DNA from: Candidatus Magasanikbacteria bacterium RIFCSPHIGHO2_01_FULL_41_23
GTDB taxonomy: Bacteria; Patescibacteriota; Patescibacteriia; Magasanikbacterales; UBA922
Direction: 5' to 3'
DNA: 64,000 nt
NCBI GenBank assembly: GCA_001782805.1
Contig: MFPT01000002.1
Location: 69,401-133,400, forward strand
Positions within the stretch are counted from its first letter, which is position 1, and each line of letters starts with the position of its first letter. A program made the position numbers and the translations under genes. Below, in pieces: positions 29,051-38,471 of the stretch. The notes beneath the pieces were generated by a model. The model ran no database searches. It saw nothing but the letters and a program-made list of their open reading frames with translations, and was not told the origin of the DNA.

Positions 29051-29911
29051 TTATAATCGATAACGGCCACGCCATTTCCACAGATACCGAAACCAGCTGT
29101 TCAAATGAATACGCGCGTTCTTATTTTTGAGGAGAGCTTTAATAATCCCCGGCACTTTGGCTGAGTCACGCGCGTGCGCATGCTTAATTACAATATCATG
29201 AACATAATAAACCGGCCAATGATGCTCCCACATTGTCCGACACCAATCACAATCTTCCAAATATGCCAGATACCGTTCATCAAACCAACCGATTTCATTC
29301 ACCACTGTCTGGCGCACAATCAAAGCCGCGCCCAAAACCCAATCCACCGGCTTGGTGGAATTATGATCAAAATCTTTCAAAAGTAAACGATCGGTGTAAC
29401 GTCTAACCCAAGCATATTTTTGATCCCAATTAATTTGTTTAAGTGGTTTAATTAAAATTGACGGCCAGTCAAAACGATAACAAGAGTACTGCAATGAGCC
29501 ATCCATATTCACCAATTTAGGACCAATGCAGCCAATCTTAGGATGTTCATCCATAAAACGAATTAACCGCTCAATCGTGCGGCTGTTTTCGGGAATTATC
29601 GTATCACGATTTAAAGCAAAATAATACCGGGCTGATGTCGCTTTAAAACCAATCGTATTTCCGCGGCCAAAACCAACATTGCCACCACAATCAATATAAT
29701 TGACATCGGGAAATTCAACGTTTAAAGCTTCTTTAATACCATCACTGTTTTCCGAATTATCAGCCACGGTAATTTGAACTAGATACGGACAATCAACCAG
29801 ATCGCGTTCAATGGAATTAATCGCGTTCAAAATATCGTCCTTCATGTGCAAATTAACAAAGACGATAGTTATGTCTTTTTTGGCATCCACCATTTTCTCA
29901 TTTGTTTCCAT
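29051..29911 (-). CDS. GT2 glycosyltransferase (rhamnosyltransferase-like)
   Basis: DNS, NVGFGRGN, LNRD, DWVLGA, FDERY..YLEDCDWC. Confidence 0.9.
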   Translation of the reverse strand: METNEKMVDAKKDITIVFVNLHMKDDILNAINSIERDLVDCPYLVQITVADNSENSDGIKEALNVEFPDVNYIDCGGNVGFGRGNTIGFKATSARYYFALNRDTIIPENSRTIERLIRFMDEHPKIGCIGPKLVNMDGSLQYSCYRFDWPSILIKPLKQINWDQKYAWVRRYTDRLLLKDFDHNSTKPVDWVLGAALIVRQTVVNEIGWFDERYLAYLEDCDWCRTMWEHHWPVYYVHDIVIKHAHARDSAKVPGIIKALLKNKNARIHLNSWFRYLWKWRGRYRL

Positions 29912-30909
29912 GGGATTTTTTTATTAAAGTGAATCTGTTTTTTTTTGGTTTGTAGATTTTGACGATTTTTCCATACCTCTAACAAACCGTCAATAACGCG
30001 TGGTTCAAACAACAAAAACCACCCAAACTTCTTTAATTCATACCACAAAATCCACGGAAAATCAAGCAGCCAATTTTGCCAGTATTCATTTTTATACAAG
30101 GTCATGAGGTGGTTTTTGTAGCTGTGATACTGTATCCAACTTGATTGTTCTTTCTTATTTTTGACCGCCGCCGCATCAGATAATTCAAGCGGACCAGCCG
30201 CGGAACGATCGTGGTACGCGACTGAATCAGTCGTTACTCCTGCCCCATATCCAGCCGCTTGCAAACGGAATGCCAAATCGACATCTTCTTTGTATGAACC
30301 GTATAAACTATCAAAAAATTCTTGTTTGGAAAAAGTCACTTCATTAATTGCCTGGCGACGAAATAAAGGCATTGTACCGGAAACCCCAAAAACTAATTTT
30401 ATTTTTTTTTCATCTGAATTTTTCCATTCTTCGCCCGATTGAATCTCAACCACGCGCCGATTACGCCAAACTTTTAGGCCAAGCGAATCAATCGTATTGC
30501 TTAAGCTGGCATCAATTCCCTGATTTATCTTAAAAAAATCCCATTTCATTAACCGCGGACTCACGACTGCGAGTTCTTGATTACTCGCGATTGCGATCAT
30601 TAATTTTTCCAAGCAATCCGGCTCCAAATACAAATCCTGATTTAATAAGACAAAATATTCACTGTTTGTTTCAGCATATAGTTGATTGTGCCCGCCCGCA
30701 AAACCATTATTCTTAGCATTTACGATTAAGCGGCTTTGAGCAGGAAAATTGATCAATTCTTTTTGAATTGATTCGACGGTATTGTCAGTTGAATTATTAT
30801 CGAGTATAAATAGTGTCCAATTTTTATTGGTCTGATTTTTTAATGACGCCAACAAAAACGGAATGTATTTCGCTCCGTTCCAGGTAACCAGATGAACTGA
30901 TAATTTCAT
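29869..30909 (-). CDS. GT2 glycosyltransferase
   Basis: VTWNG, DNNSTD, NNGFAGGHN, LNQD, YKEDVDLAFR. Confidence 0.9.
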   Translation of the reverse strand: MKLSVHLVTWNGAKYIPFLLASLKNQTNKNWTLFILDNNSTDNTVESIQKELINFPAQSRLIVNAKNNGFAGGHNQLYAETNSEYFVLLNQDLYLEPDCLEKLMIAIASNQELAVVSPRLMKWDFFKINQGIDASLSNTIDSLGLKVWRNRRVVEIQSGEEWKNSDEKKIKLVFGVSGTMPLFRRQAINEVTFSKQEFFDSLYGSYKEDVDLAFRLQAAGYGAGVTTDSVAYHDRSAAGPLELSDAAAVKNKKEQSSWIQYHSYKNHLMTLYKNEYWQNWLLDFPWILWYELKKFGWFLLFEPRVIDGLLEVWKNRQNLQTKKKQIHFNKKIPWKQMRKWWMPKKT

Positions 30910-31781
30910 ACTATATATTTGCGACGTACTTTTTCCGCAAGCCAAATCAAAGCAATTCCAAATGGTCGTACCAACGCAATCCATATCCAAATATACCACG
31001 GTTCCCATTTTTTAAAATAAATCAACATACTAGCGCTAAACTGTTTCTGTTTCCATAAAGTCGTACGCTTTTTAAAACTTTGTCCCACATAATCCACAGC
31101 CGAAATTATTGGTGTATACATCACTTCATATCCGAGCCTTTTTACTTCACGACAAATATCAACGTCTTCAAACCAAATAAAATAACGCGGATCAAACGCC
31201 CAGCCTAATTTTTCCACGATTTCACGACGCATCAACATAAACGAACCCTGCACTGAATCAACGAGCTGTTCTTTTTCCGGATTAAAATCCGCCATTAAAT
31301 AATGGTCCAAAATTTTTGGAGATAGATGAGGAATTTTTAACATGACAGCCAACTGGTCGACCAATGTCGGAAAACGACGTGGGCCAGTGGCTTGATTATA
31401 CTGCCCTTTTTCATTGGTTAATTTCGGACTAACAATTCCTACTTGAGGTTTGTCTTTCATCCATTCCAATAAAGATCGCAAACTAGCTGGCTCCAACCGC
31501 ATATCCGGATTCAAAAAAAGCAGATAGTCACCTTTAGCCATGGCCACACCCTCATTATTTGCCGCACTAAAGCCAACATTTTCTTTATTTTCTATAATGC
31601 AAAGCTGTAAATCATTTTCATTATATTTTGATTGTAACAACTCCACTGTTCCATCAGTGGAGCCGTTATCAATTATAATATGTTCGTAGTCCAAATCAGC
31701 GACCGCGGCATTTACTGACTGAATCTGGTCATCAATATTTTTTATTGAATTCCACGTTACGGTTATTATCGAAAGGTTCAT
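30906..31781 (-). CDS. GT2 glycosyltransferase
   Basis: DNGSTDGT, NVGFSAANN, LNPD, FDPRYFIWFEDVD. Confidence 0.9.
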   Translation of the reverse strand: MNLSIITVTWNSIKNIDDQIQSVNAAVADLDYEHIIIDNGSTDGTVELLQSKYNENDLQLCIIENKENVGFSAANNEGVAMAKGDYLLFLNPDMRLEPASLRSLLEWMKDKPQVGIVSPKLTNEKGQYNQATGPRRFPTLVDQLAVMLKIPHLSPKILDHYLMADFNPEKEQLVDSVQGSFMLMRREIVEKLGWAFDPRYFIWFEDVDICREVKRLGYEVMYTPIISAVDYVGQSFKKRTTLWKQKQFSASMLIYFKKWEPWYIWIWIALVRPFGIALIWLAEKVRRKYIV

Positions 31782-31889
31782 ATGATTTTTTACCCAAAAT
31801 AGTAAGCATCTGCCCATCTTTTATCACATAGACGACAACTGCCTTAATAAGTTGGGTTTCTTCTGCCATACTTCCTATGTAATTAAACG

Positions 31890-32447
31890 TTACGCCAAAC
31901 TAAAATTCCAAAATTCTTCGTGTTTCATCACAACATTAGTTAAAGCAGTAATATCTTCGTGAGTGCGTTTTTCCAGACTGTCAACTCTGCCTTCAAGGCG
32001 GTTAATATCCAGTCTTAATCGTGATTCAACTGAAGTAATCCGTTCTTGCAAGCTTTCTTCCACCATGTCTATTTTCGCGTCAAGACCAAAAATTATATTT
32101 GTGACATTTTCTTCGAGCGTCTTTATATCTTCTTTGGTCGCAAAATTCTTTAGGTCTTCTTTTGTGGCAAAATTTTTTAAATCATCTTTAGTGGCAAATT
32201 GAGTGGCAAATTCTTTTAAATCATCTTTAGTGGCAAAATTCCGAGCGTCTTCTTTTGTGAGAAAATCTTTGGCATCTTCCTTAGTAAGGAAACTTTTGGC
32301 ATCTTCTTTTGTCAAAAAACTTTTTGCGTCATCCTTGGTAAGAAAAAAAGTGGCGTCTTGTTTAGTTAAAAAATTGGCAACAAAAAATTCTTTAAAATCA
32401 ATTAAAAAACTCATTATCTCTTTGGGAGTAATCTCCTTGGTTGGCAT
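31890..32447 (-). CDS. coiled-coil protein with 9-aa tandem repeats
   Basis: (F-L/A-T-K-E/D-D-A/L-K-x) x9, then heptad coiled coil. Confidence 0.8.
   Translation of the reverse strand: MPTKEITPKEIMSFLIDFKEFFVANFLTKQDATFFLTKDDAKSFLTKEDAKSFLTKEDAKDFLTKEDARNFATKDDLKEFATQFATKDDLKNFATKEDLKNFATKEDIKTLEENVTNIIFGLDAKIDMVEESLQERITSVESRLRLDINRLEGRVDSLEKRTHEDITALTNVVMKHEEFWNFSLA
32118..32372 (-). repeat. 27-bp coding tandem repeat (9 units + 12-bp partial)
   Basis: FLTKEDAKS/FATKDDLKN units. Confidence 0.9.
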
Positions 32448-32511
32448 ATTAGAAAAAATAATCCCGATAGTGAAGCACATCGGGGACGAATATCAAGTAC
32501 TCTTAATTATG

Positions 32512-32540
32512 AGTATAACACCTGAATTTTAGGCTGTCAA
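32512..32540 (-). promoter_or_regulatory. sigma70 promoter for repeat-protein gene
   Basis: TTGACA-17 nt-TATACT with extended TG. Confidence 0.7.
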
Positions 32541-32561
32541 AAATTAAAGAATCCGCCTAAT

Positions 32562-33410
32562 TTAAGCTAAATACTCCTTCAAAGCCAACTGCCAACTGCG
32601 TTGCGCCGGCAATTTAGTGTTAATAAGTTGTGAATAATTCGGACGTTTGGCTGGCCGAGGATACGCCGTGCTCGGCACTGGATTAACAATTATAGCCAAA
32701 TTTTTCAAACGAAAAATTTCTTTAGCCCATCCGTGCCAAGTACAAACACCACTATTTGCGCCATGATAAATTCCCGGCTGACCACTTATTACCGATTTGG
32801 TAAAACGCGCCACATCAGACACATACGTTGGACTACTCAATTCTTCATCAACCAAATCAAGAAAAGTTTTACCACCTTCGGTCGCTAAATAAATCATCGT
32901 ATCCACAAAACTTTTTTTTCCTCCATCACTAATCGCCGGCTTACCAAATAATTTGGACAGACGAATAATATAATATTTTCCACCAGCTTCTGTAACTAGT
33001 GCTTCGCCTTTCGCTTTTGTTTCCCCATATTTATTAATCGGCGCGATAGGATCGTTTTCAGTATATCCATTTTGATTGATTCCCGCAAAAACATAATCCG
33101 AAGAATAATGCACAAAAATAATTTCCCGATCCCGACACAAACGTGCCAAATTTCCGGCCGCGGACGCGTTAATTTTTAACGCGCTGTCATACAATTCTTT
33201 GGACTCTTCAATTTTATCAACCGCGTTAATCGCAACGGCGTTTATTACCAAATTCGGTTTTAATTCTTCAATTTCTTTTTTTGTTGAGTCAAAATCAGTA
33301 ATATCCAATTCTTTTTTATCGTACGCGATTACTTCGTGCTTGTCCGCCAAAAATTCACGAACCAATTCCTGCCCCAACATTCCACGCGCTCCTAAAACTA
33401 AAACTTTCAT
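32562..33410 (-). CDS. rfbD: dTDP-4-dehydrorhamnose reductase
   Basis: GARGMLG, SSDYVF, YGETK, SPTY, PAKRP.YS. Confidence 0.92.
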   Translation of the reverse strand: MKVLVLGARGMLGQELVREFLADKHEVIAYDKKELDITDFDSTKKEIEELKPNLVINAVAINAVDKIEESKELYDSALKINASAAGNLARLCRDREIIFVHYSSDYVFAGINQNGYTENDPIAPINKYGETKAKGEALVTEAGGKYYIIRLSKLFGKPAISDGGKKSFVDTMIYLATEGGKTFLDLVDEELSSPTYVSDVARFTKSVISGQPGIYHGANSGVCTWHGWAKEIFRLKNLAIIVNPVPSTAYPRPAKRPNYSQLINTKLPAQRSWQLALKEYLA

Positions 33411-33432
33411 AGCGAGTAAACTCTAATAAATA

Positions 33433-33849
33433 TTATTTCAAATGTTCGCCGCGTATTTTTAAATATTCTTCGTAATTTTCCAAATAATCACCACGATCCG
33501 GATTGTAATTAGTGGAAGTGAGCGCGATCATCATGCAGTCTGCGCTGGCGTTTTTAAATCCATGCCACACATAATTCGGGACATAGATTGCCGTGTTTGG
33601 TCCTTCCAAACGCATCTCTTCTTTTCCCTTTCCGCTATCAATAATCGCGGTAATTGCTCCTCTTGCTACGAAAAAAAATTCTTCTTCAACATAATGACAA
33701 TGCTCGCCCGTTTGTTTATCCGGCTTGATATCGGAAAAATAATACATGCGCTTAACATCAAACGGAATCACATCTTTAAATTCAACCGGCGTTAAATTAA
33801 AATCGCGATTGGTGAAAGTTTTTAAATCTATTTTTTGAAATTGTTTCAT
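33433..33849 (-). CDS. FdtA/QdtA-family sugar 3,4-ketoisomerase (cupin)
   Basis: IPFDVKRMYY, GEHCH, VWHGF, Y...DYLENYEEY. Confidence 0.85.
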   Translation of the reverse strand: MKQFQKIDLKTFTNRDFNLTPVEFKDVIPFDVKRMYYFSDIKPDKQTGEHCHYVEEEFFFVARGAITAIIDSGKGKEEMRLEGPNTAIYVPNYVWHGFKNASADCMMIALTSTNYNPDRGDYLENYEEYLKIRGEHLK

Positions 33850-33877
33850 ACTTCGGTAAAAACTCAGTATAAATAAA

Positions 33878-34933
33878 TTAGGCCGCGCTTGTCATTTGCG
33901 CATTTGATTTTTCCAATCCTTCCTGAAAAATATTCATTTCCGCGCGTTTTTTATCCCACAAATTTTCCACCCAATCCGTATTATTTTTATACCAATTAAC
34001 GGTTTCCGTCAATCCGCGCGTAAATTCAGCTCGCGTATATTCCGGTTTCCAACCCAAAGCCATAATTTTACTGGCATCAATGGCATAACGGCGATCATGT
34101 CCGGGACGATCCGTCACATATTCAATTTTTTCTTCCCCAAACCCCATTATTTCCAAAATCATTTTGGTAATTTCCAAATTACTGCGTTCATTGTCTGAAC
34201 CGATATTATAAACCTCGCCCGCCACACCCTGATGCAATAGTAAATCCAAAGCCGTCGCATGATCACGCACGTGGATCCAATCGCGGACATTTAAACCATC
34301 GCCATATACGGGCACACGCTCGCCTTTTAATAATTTAAAAATAAAAAATGGAATTACTTTTTCCGGAAATTGATACGGGCCATAATTGTTGGAACAATGC
34401 GTTACGATCACCGGAGTTTTATGCGTCACAAAATAAGCATTGCACATCAAATCGCCTCCCGCCTTGGCCGCGGCATATGGCATGTTGGGCCAAATCGGCG
34501 TGCTTTCCGTAAAAAAACGATCTTCATCAAGCGCGAGCGATCCATAGACTTCATCCGTGGAAACATTGACGAATTTTTCTACATTATTTATTCGCACCGC
34601 ATCCAAAATCATTTGCACGCCCAAAGTATTCGTCAAAACAAATTCTTTCGCTCCGCCATGAATGGAACGATCAACGTGCGTTTCCGCCGCAAAATTTATG
34701 ACATGAGTAATTTTATATTTTTTCATCACCTCATTCAGCGCGTCCAAATCCGTAATATCGCCGCGCACAAAAGTATAACGCGGATCATTTTCCACGACGC
34801 GATGATTGGCCAAATTTCCAGCGTACGTTAATTTATCAAAATTTATAATTTTGTAATCCGGATATTTGGCCAAAAAATAATGGATAAAGTTACTCCCAAT
34901 AAATCCCGCGCCGCCACATACCAGTATATTCAT
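33878..34933 (-). CDS. rfbB: dTDP-glucose 4,6-dehydratase
   Basis: GGAGFIGSN, DKLTYAGN, AAETHVDRSI, STDEVYG, DRPGHDRRY. Confidence 0.97.
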   Translation of the reverse strand: MNILVCGGAGFIGSNFIHYFLAKYPDYKIINFDKLTYAGNLANHRVVENDPRYTFVRGDITDLDALNEVMKKYKITHVINFAAETHVDRSIHGGAKEFVLTNTLGVQMILDAVRINNVEKFVNVSTDEVYGSLALDEDRFFTESTPIWPNMPYAAAKAGGDLMCNAYFVTHKTPVIVTHCSNNYGPYQFPEKVIPFFIFKLLKGERVPVYGDGLNVRDWIHVRDHATALDLLLHQGVAGEVYNIGSDNERSNLEITKMILEIMGFGEEKIEYVTDRPGHDRRYAIDASKIMALGWKPEYTRAEFTRGLTETVNWYKNNTDWVENLWDKKRAEMNIFQEGLEKSNAQMTSAA

Positions 34934-34951
34934 ATACTTTTATATTACTTT

Positions 34952-35692
34952 TTAAGCCGCTCTTTTTAAAATAAATTTATTTTCTTCGGATAACATTTCT
35001 TGCAATCCAAGTTTTACGGCATTCCTCTTAATAAATTCAGCGGCAAAATTATCAGCGTAACTTTCGTAAGGACTGGTTCTATAGGCAATTTCTTGAGCGC
35101 GTTGCAATTCGCTTAATGTTTTAATTCCCAAAAGATTAATACTTTTCCTCAAAGAAGGGAAAACAGAAAAAAATTCTTCTAAACTTTTACACCCGCTTAT
35201 TTCACTTTGTAATTCTGCTGGATCAAGTCCAGTCACGGGCAATAATAACAAATTTGCCTCATAATGTTCGCGCCACTCTTGAATTCCGCCATACTTCTCA
35301 TAATTTTTTATATAATCAGTCGCATGACCCAATTCATGGGCGATAATAAACAATCTTAAAAGTCTCGGTGTCATATTTTCAAATGAAAGTGCTAACATAC
35401 TTGCCGACATTTCAATCGAAGTCTGACGATTTTTCATCAATGCAACCATGTGATTAGTTTGTTCAGTTACAATAAATATTGTAGGAACAAATTTACCTTC
35501 GCCTAACTCAATTACATCAAAAAAACCTCCGGTATTTGGTTCCTCATCTGGTGAAATAAAATTAATTTCAACCTGAGATAAAAGGGGTTGTTCTTCTGCC
35601 ATACGCCTTAAAAAAGTTACCATGAGACTATCAACGTCTATTTCTCTTTGTACTAAAAAATCTTTCAAGGTAAGTCGATTCAATTTTTCCAT
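34952..35692 (-). CDS. hypothetical HExxH protein, probably 5'-frameshifted at a G8 tract
   Basis: IIAHELGHA...E..ADNFA zincin-like motif; upstream ATG at 35739 is one base out of frame across G8. Confidence 0.7.
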   Translation of the reverse strand: MEKLNRLTLKDFLVQREIDVDSLMVTFLRRMAEEQPLLSQVEINFISPDEEPNTGGFFDVIELGEGKFVPTIFIVTEQTNHMVALMKNRQTSIEMSASMLALSFENMTPRLLRLFIIAHELGHATDYIKNYEKYGGIQEWREHYEANLLLLPVTGLDPAELQSEISGCKSLEEFFSVFPSLRKSINLLGIKTLSELQRAQEIAYRTSPYESYADNFAAEFIKRNAVKLGLQEMLSEENKFILKRAA

Positions 35693-35771
35693 TTCTTTTG
35701 AACCCCCCCCTCATTAGAATGTTCTTTCGAACCATCCATATTAAAAATCTAAAAAAAATAACTTTATTATG

Positions 35772-36308
35772 CTAAGTAATAAATTGATGCCGCACCAAAC
35801 TCCACGCCGCCATCGTTTCACCATCCCAGATATCATTGCGTCGAATCATGGCCTCAACTTCATCAGGATAGCGCGCAATTATTTCCATACTTTCCGTTTC
35901 ATCTGGTTTGGAAACTCCGGCTTCGCCCACTTGCGCCATAAAAATATGCATCCGATCTTTAATCAAACCTTTTGATGGTTCAAATTCACCAACCAAAATT
36001 AATTCTTCTGCATCATAACCTGTTTCTTCTTTTAATTCAAGATTCGCGGCCTGAGTTAGCGTCATCCCATTTTTTATTCCACCACCGGGAAATTCTATGC
36101 TATGCCTATCGGTCAAATACCGATATTGACGCACTAACACGATTCTACCATCAGGCAAAACCGGCACAATCATCACACCACCCCGAGATTCAAGATAATA
36201 ATAATCCCCAGCTTTACCATTGGAAAATTTAAATTCATCATGTTTATATTCACACCACGGATTTTTATGAATTGTTTCTTCGGATATTTTTTTTATTTTA
36301 CGAGACAT
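35772..36308 (-). CDS. NUDIX hydrolase (ADP-ribose pyrophosphatase-like)
   Basis: LVRQYRY, EFPGG...ELKEETG. Confidence 0.9.
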   Translation of the reverse strand: MSRKIKKISEETIHKNPWCEYKHDEFKFSNGKAGDYYYLESRGGVMIVPVLPDGRIVLVRQYRYLTDRHSIEFPGGGIKNGMTLTQAANLELKEETGYDAEELILVGEFEPSKGLIKDRMHIFMAQVGEAGVSKPDETESMEIIARYPDEVEAMIRRNDIWDGETMAAWSLVRHQFIT

Positions 36309-36323
36309 ACTTTAACACTAACA

Positions 36324-36725
36324 TTAACCAAACCTTTTATAAATTTCCGCCACATTAATTCCGTCATTTTTCTTCACCACCGAATGCATACTCCCTCCGC
36401 CATCACCATTCCACCGCGGAAAAATATGCACATGCCAATGCGGCACAGCTTGACCGCCAGCATCGCCATGATTCCAGCCAACAGTAAAACCTTCCGGTTG
36501 TAAAACCGTTTGCAACCGCTCCATAATTTTTTTAATCGCTCTGTGCAATTCCGCAATCATAACTTCATCATAATCAAAAATAGTTTCACCGTGTTTTTTA
36601 GGAATCACGACCGTATGTCCCACCGCATGTGGAAAAATATCCAAAAACGCCAAAATCGTCTCATCCTCATACAACGTGTAATTGGGAATTTCCTTGTCCA
36701 CGATTTTACAAAAAATGCAATCCAT
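36324..36725 (-). CDS. HIT family protein
   Basis: DCIFCKI, GHTVVIPK, GQAVPHWHVHIFPR. Confidence 0.95.
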   Translation of the reverse strand: MDCIFCKIVDKEIPNYTLYEDETILAFLDIFPHAVGHTVVIPKKHGETIFDYDEVMIAELHRAIKKIMERLQTVLQPEGFTVGWNHGDAGGQAVPHWHVHIFPRWNGDGGGSMHSVVKKNDGINVAEIYKRFG

Positions 36726-36736
36726 ATATCCGTATC

Positions 36737-38404
36737 TTACTTCTTCTCTCCCAAATTTTCAACCCGCTTCACCGGGCGAAGTTCCAGATTATCCCAAACC
36801 GCGATTGGCTCAGACAAAGTCAATTCGGTCGATCGCCACTTTGTTTCCATTTCAGCTTTATCTTTTTGACTTAATTCAATGTCATACCAATACAAAGGAA
36901 AGCCGAGCATGGCCAGTTTTGCCATGGCTTGTATTTCTTCCTCACCTTGCCAATTTACCAATACACGTCGTCCGGGAAAAAGATATTTGTCTCCGTAGCG
37001 AGTTACTACAATCGCGGAACTTGGCGTTGCTTCGTATATTCTACTGCGCCAATCATAATATCCAGCCACGGTATTTTTAATTTCCGCCAAACCCTCAAAA
37101 CGTAAAAAAACCGCTTTAAAGGAAAAAAGCGCGAGCGCAAAAAAAATCATTATTGCGCATAATTGACCAGTTTTAGTCAGAGTCCATAATTTTTTTAATA
37201 AAAAAGCCACAAACGGCAATGACAAAACATATAACGGCAAAAAATAACGCGTCTGTGAACTCCCAATGGAAACTAGACCAGCCAAATTATCCGCAAAATT
37301 CCACGATCCATAATACAATAAAATTAAAAATACCACGCCTCCAAAAACTATTGAATAATATCGCCAAATTTTTTGACGTTCATACAAAGTCAGTCCGAAA
37401 CCGATGATCGCAGCCACAGTCCACGGCGCGATTAATTTAAAACCATAGTTATATATGGTTTTTAAAATAATAAGCGGATGCCAACCAAAAGGCAAAAAAA
37501 TCGCATTTAACAAAGGAATTCCTTGTGGACCACTCGTGATTAATCCGCCCGCGCCATTTAACTGTGGTCGAACATATCCACTCGCGAACAGATTTCCATA
37601 AAAAGCATTTTGCGTTACAAAAAATAATACACCAACTACACTCATACCAATTATCCCTGACAAAATTCCCGAAATATTTAATTTTGGTTTAAGGAAAATA
37701 AATAAACTAGTGAATAAAAAAAGTGTCCATAACCATTCAGTCGGACGAATATATAATGCCAATCCCCAAAAAAAAGTGAACAAAAAAAGTTGTACTGATT
37801 TATTTTTATATTTTATTAAAAAATACGTCGCAACTAAAAATAATGTCACAAATAATGTCATGTGTTGCAATGGTCGACTGGCATAATACCACCATGGCGG
37901 CAAAAAAAATAAACCAATCGCCGATAAAAACGCCAATGATCTGTCGTCAAATAAACGACGAATAATTCCGTATAAAAAAAGTGGAGCAGTAACTGCCGAG
38001 AGTGGAGTAATCATCACCACGAAATAATTAAATAAACTGCCATCATTAAAAAAAGTAATTGCTTTCATTGCGAAAGCGAGCAAAACGATAAATCCCGGAA
38101 AGCCAATCGGCATTAATTCTCCATTCACGACCGTCATACTCCGCGGGTGCAATTGATTAAGCGCCACGCCGGACAATGCTTCCTCCATGCCAATTTTATG
38201 ATGCAAAACCCATTGGCGAATAAACAAATAATTCGCCATTTCATCCGGTTGATTAAAAATCAGATAAGCCGATTCCTGCGTGGCGACATCAGCCGACAAA
38301 GGCTGAGCATAAAAGTCCCAATACAAAAATTGATAAACAACAAAAAATCCGGCCGCCAATAGCACCAAGACAACTTCAAAAATATATTTTTTAAACCAAG
38401 CCAT
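36737..38404 (-). CDS. polytopic membrane protein, GT-C-like glycosyltransferase
   Basis: PDE in first loop, IRP motif, RYFLP; many TM segments. Confidence 0.6.
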   Translation of the reverse strand: MAWFKKYIFEVVLVLLAAGFFVVYQFLYWDFYAQPLSADVATQESAYLIFNQPDEMANYLFIRQWVLHHKIGMEEALSGVALNQLHPRSMTVVNGELMPIGFPGFIVLLAFAMKAITFFNDGSLFNYFVVMITPLSAVTAPLFLYGIIRRLFDDRSLAFLSAIGLFFLPPWWYYASRPLQHMTLFVTLFLVATYFLIKYKNKSVQLFLFTFFWGLALYIRPTEWLWTLFLFTSLFIFLKPKLNISGILSGIIGMSVVGVLFFVTQNAFYGNLFASGYVRPQLNGAGGLITSGPQGIPLLNAIFLPFGWHPLIILKTIYNYGFKLIAPWTVAAIIGFGLTLYERQKIWRYYSIVFGGVVFLILLYYGSWNFADNLAGLVSIGSSQTRYFLPLYVLSLPFVAFLLKKLWTLTKTGQLCAIMIFFALALFSFKAVFLRFEGLAEIKNTVAGYYDWRSRIYEATPSSAIVVTRYGDKYLFPGRRVLVNWQGEEEIQAMAKLAMLGFPLYWYDIELSQKDKAEMETKWRSTELTLSEPIAVWDNLELRPVKRVENLGEKK

Positions 38405-38471
38405 ATTGCGTCTGCGTATAGCTTTGATACAATACCTGCAATTATAGATAATTAACGCTAAAAATTCCAGT

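Noticed and set aside
32118-32372. CRISPR array
   Set aside because: Contiguous in-frame 27-bp coding repeats with no unique spacers and no cas genes.
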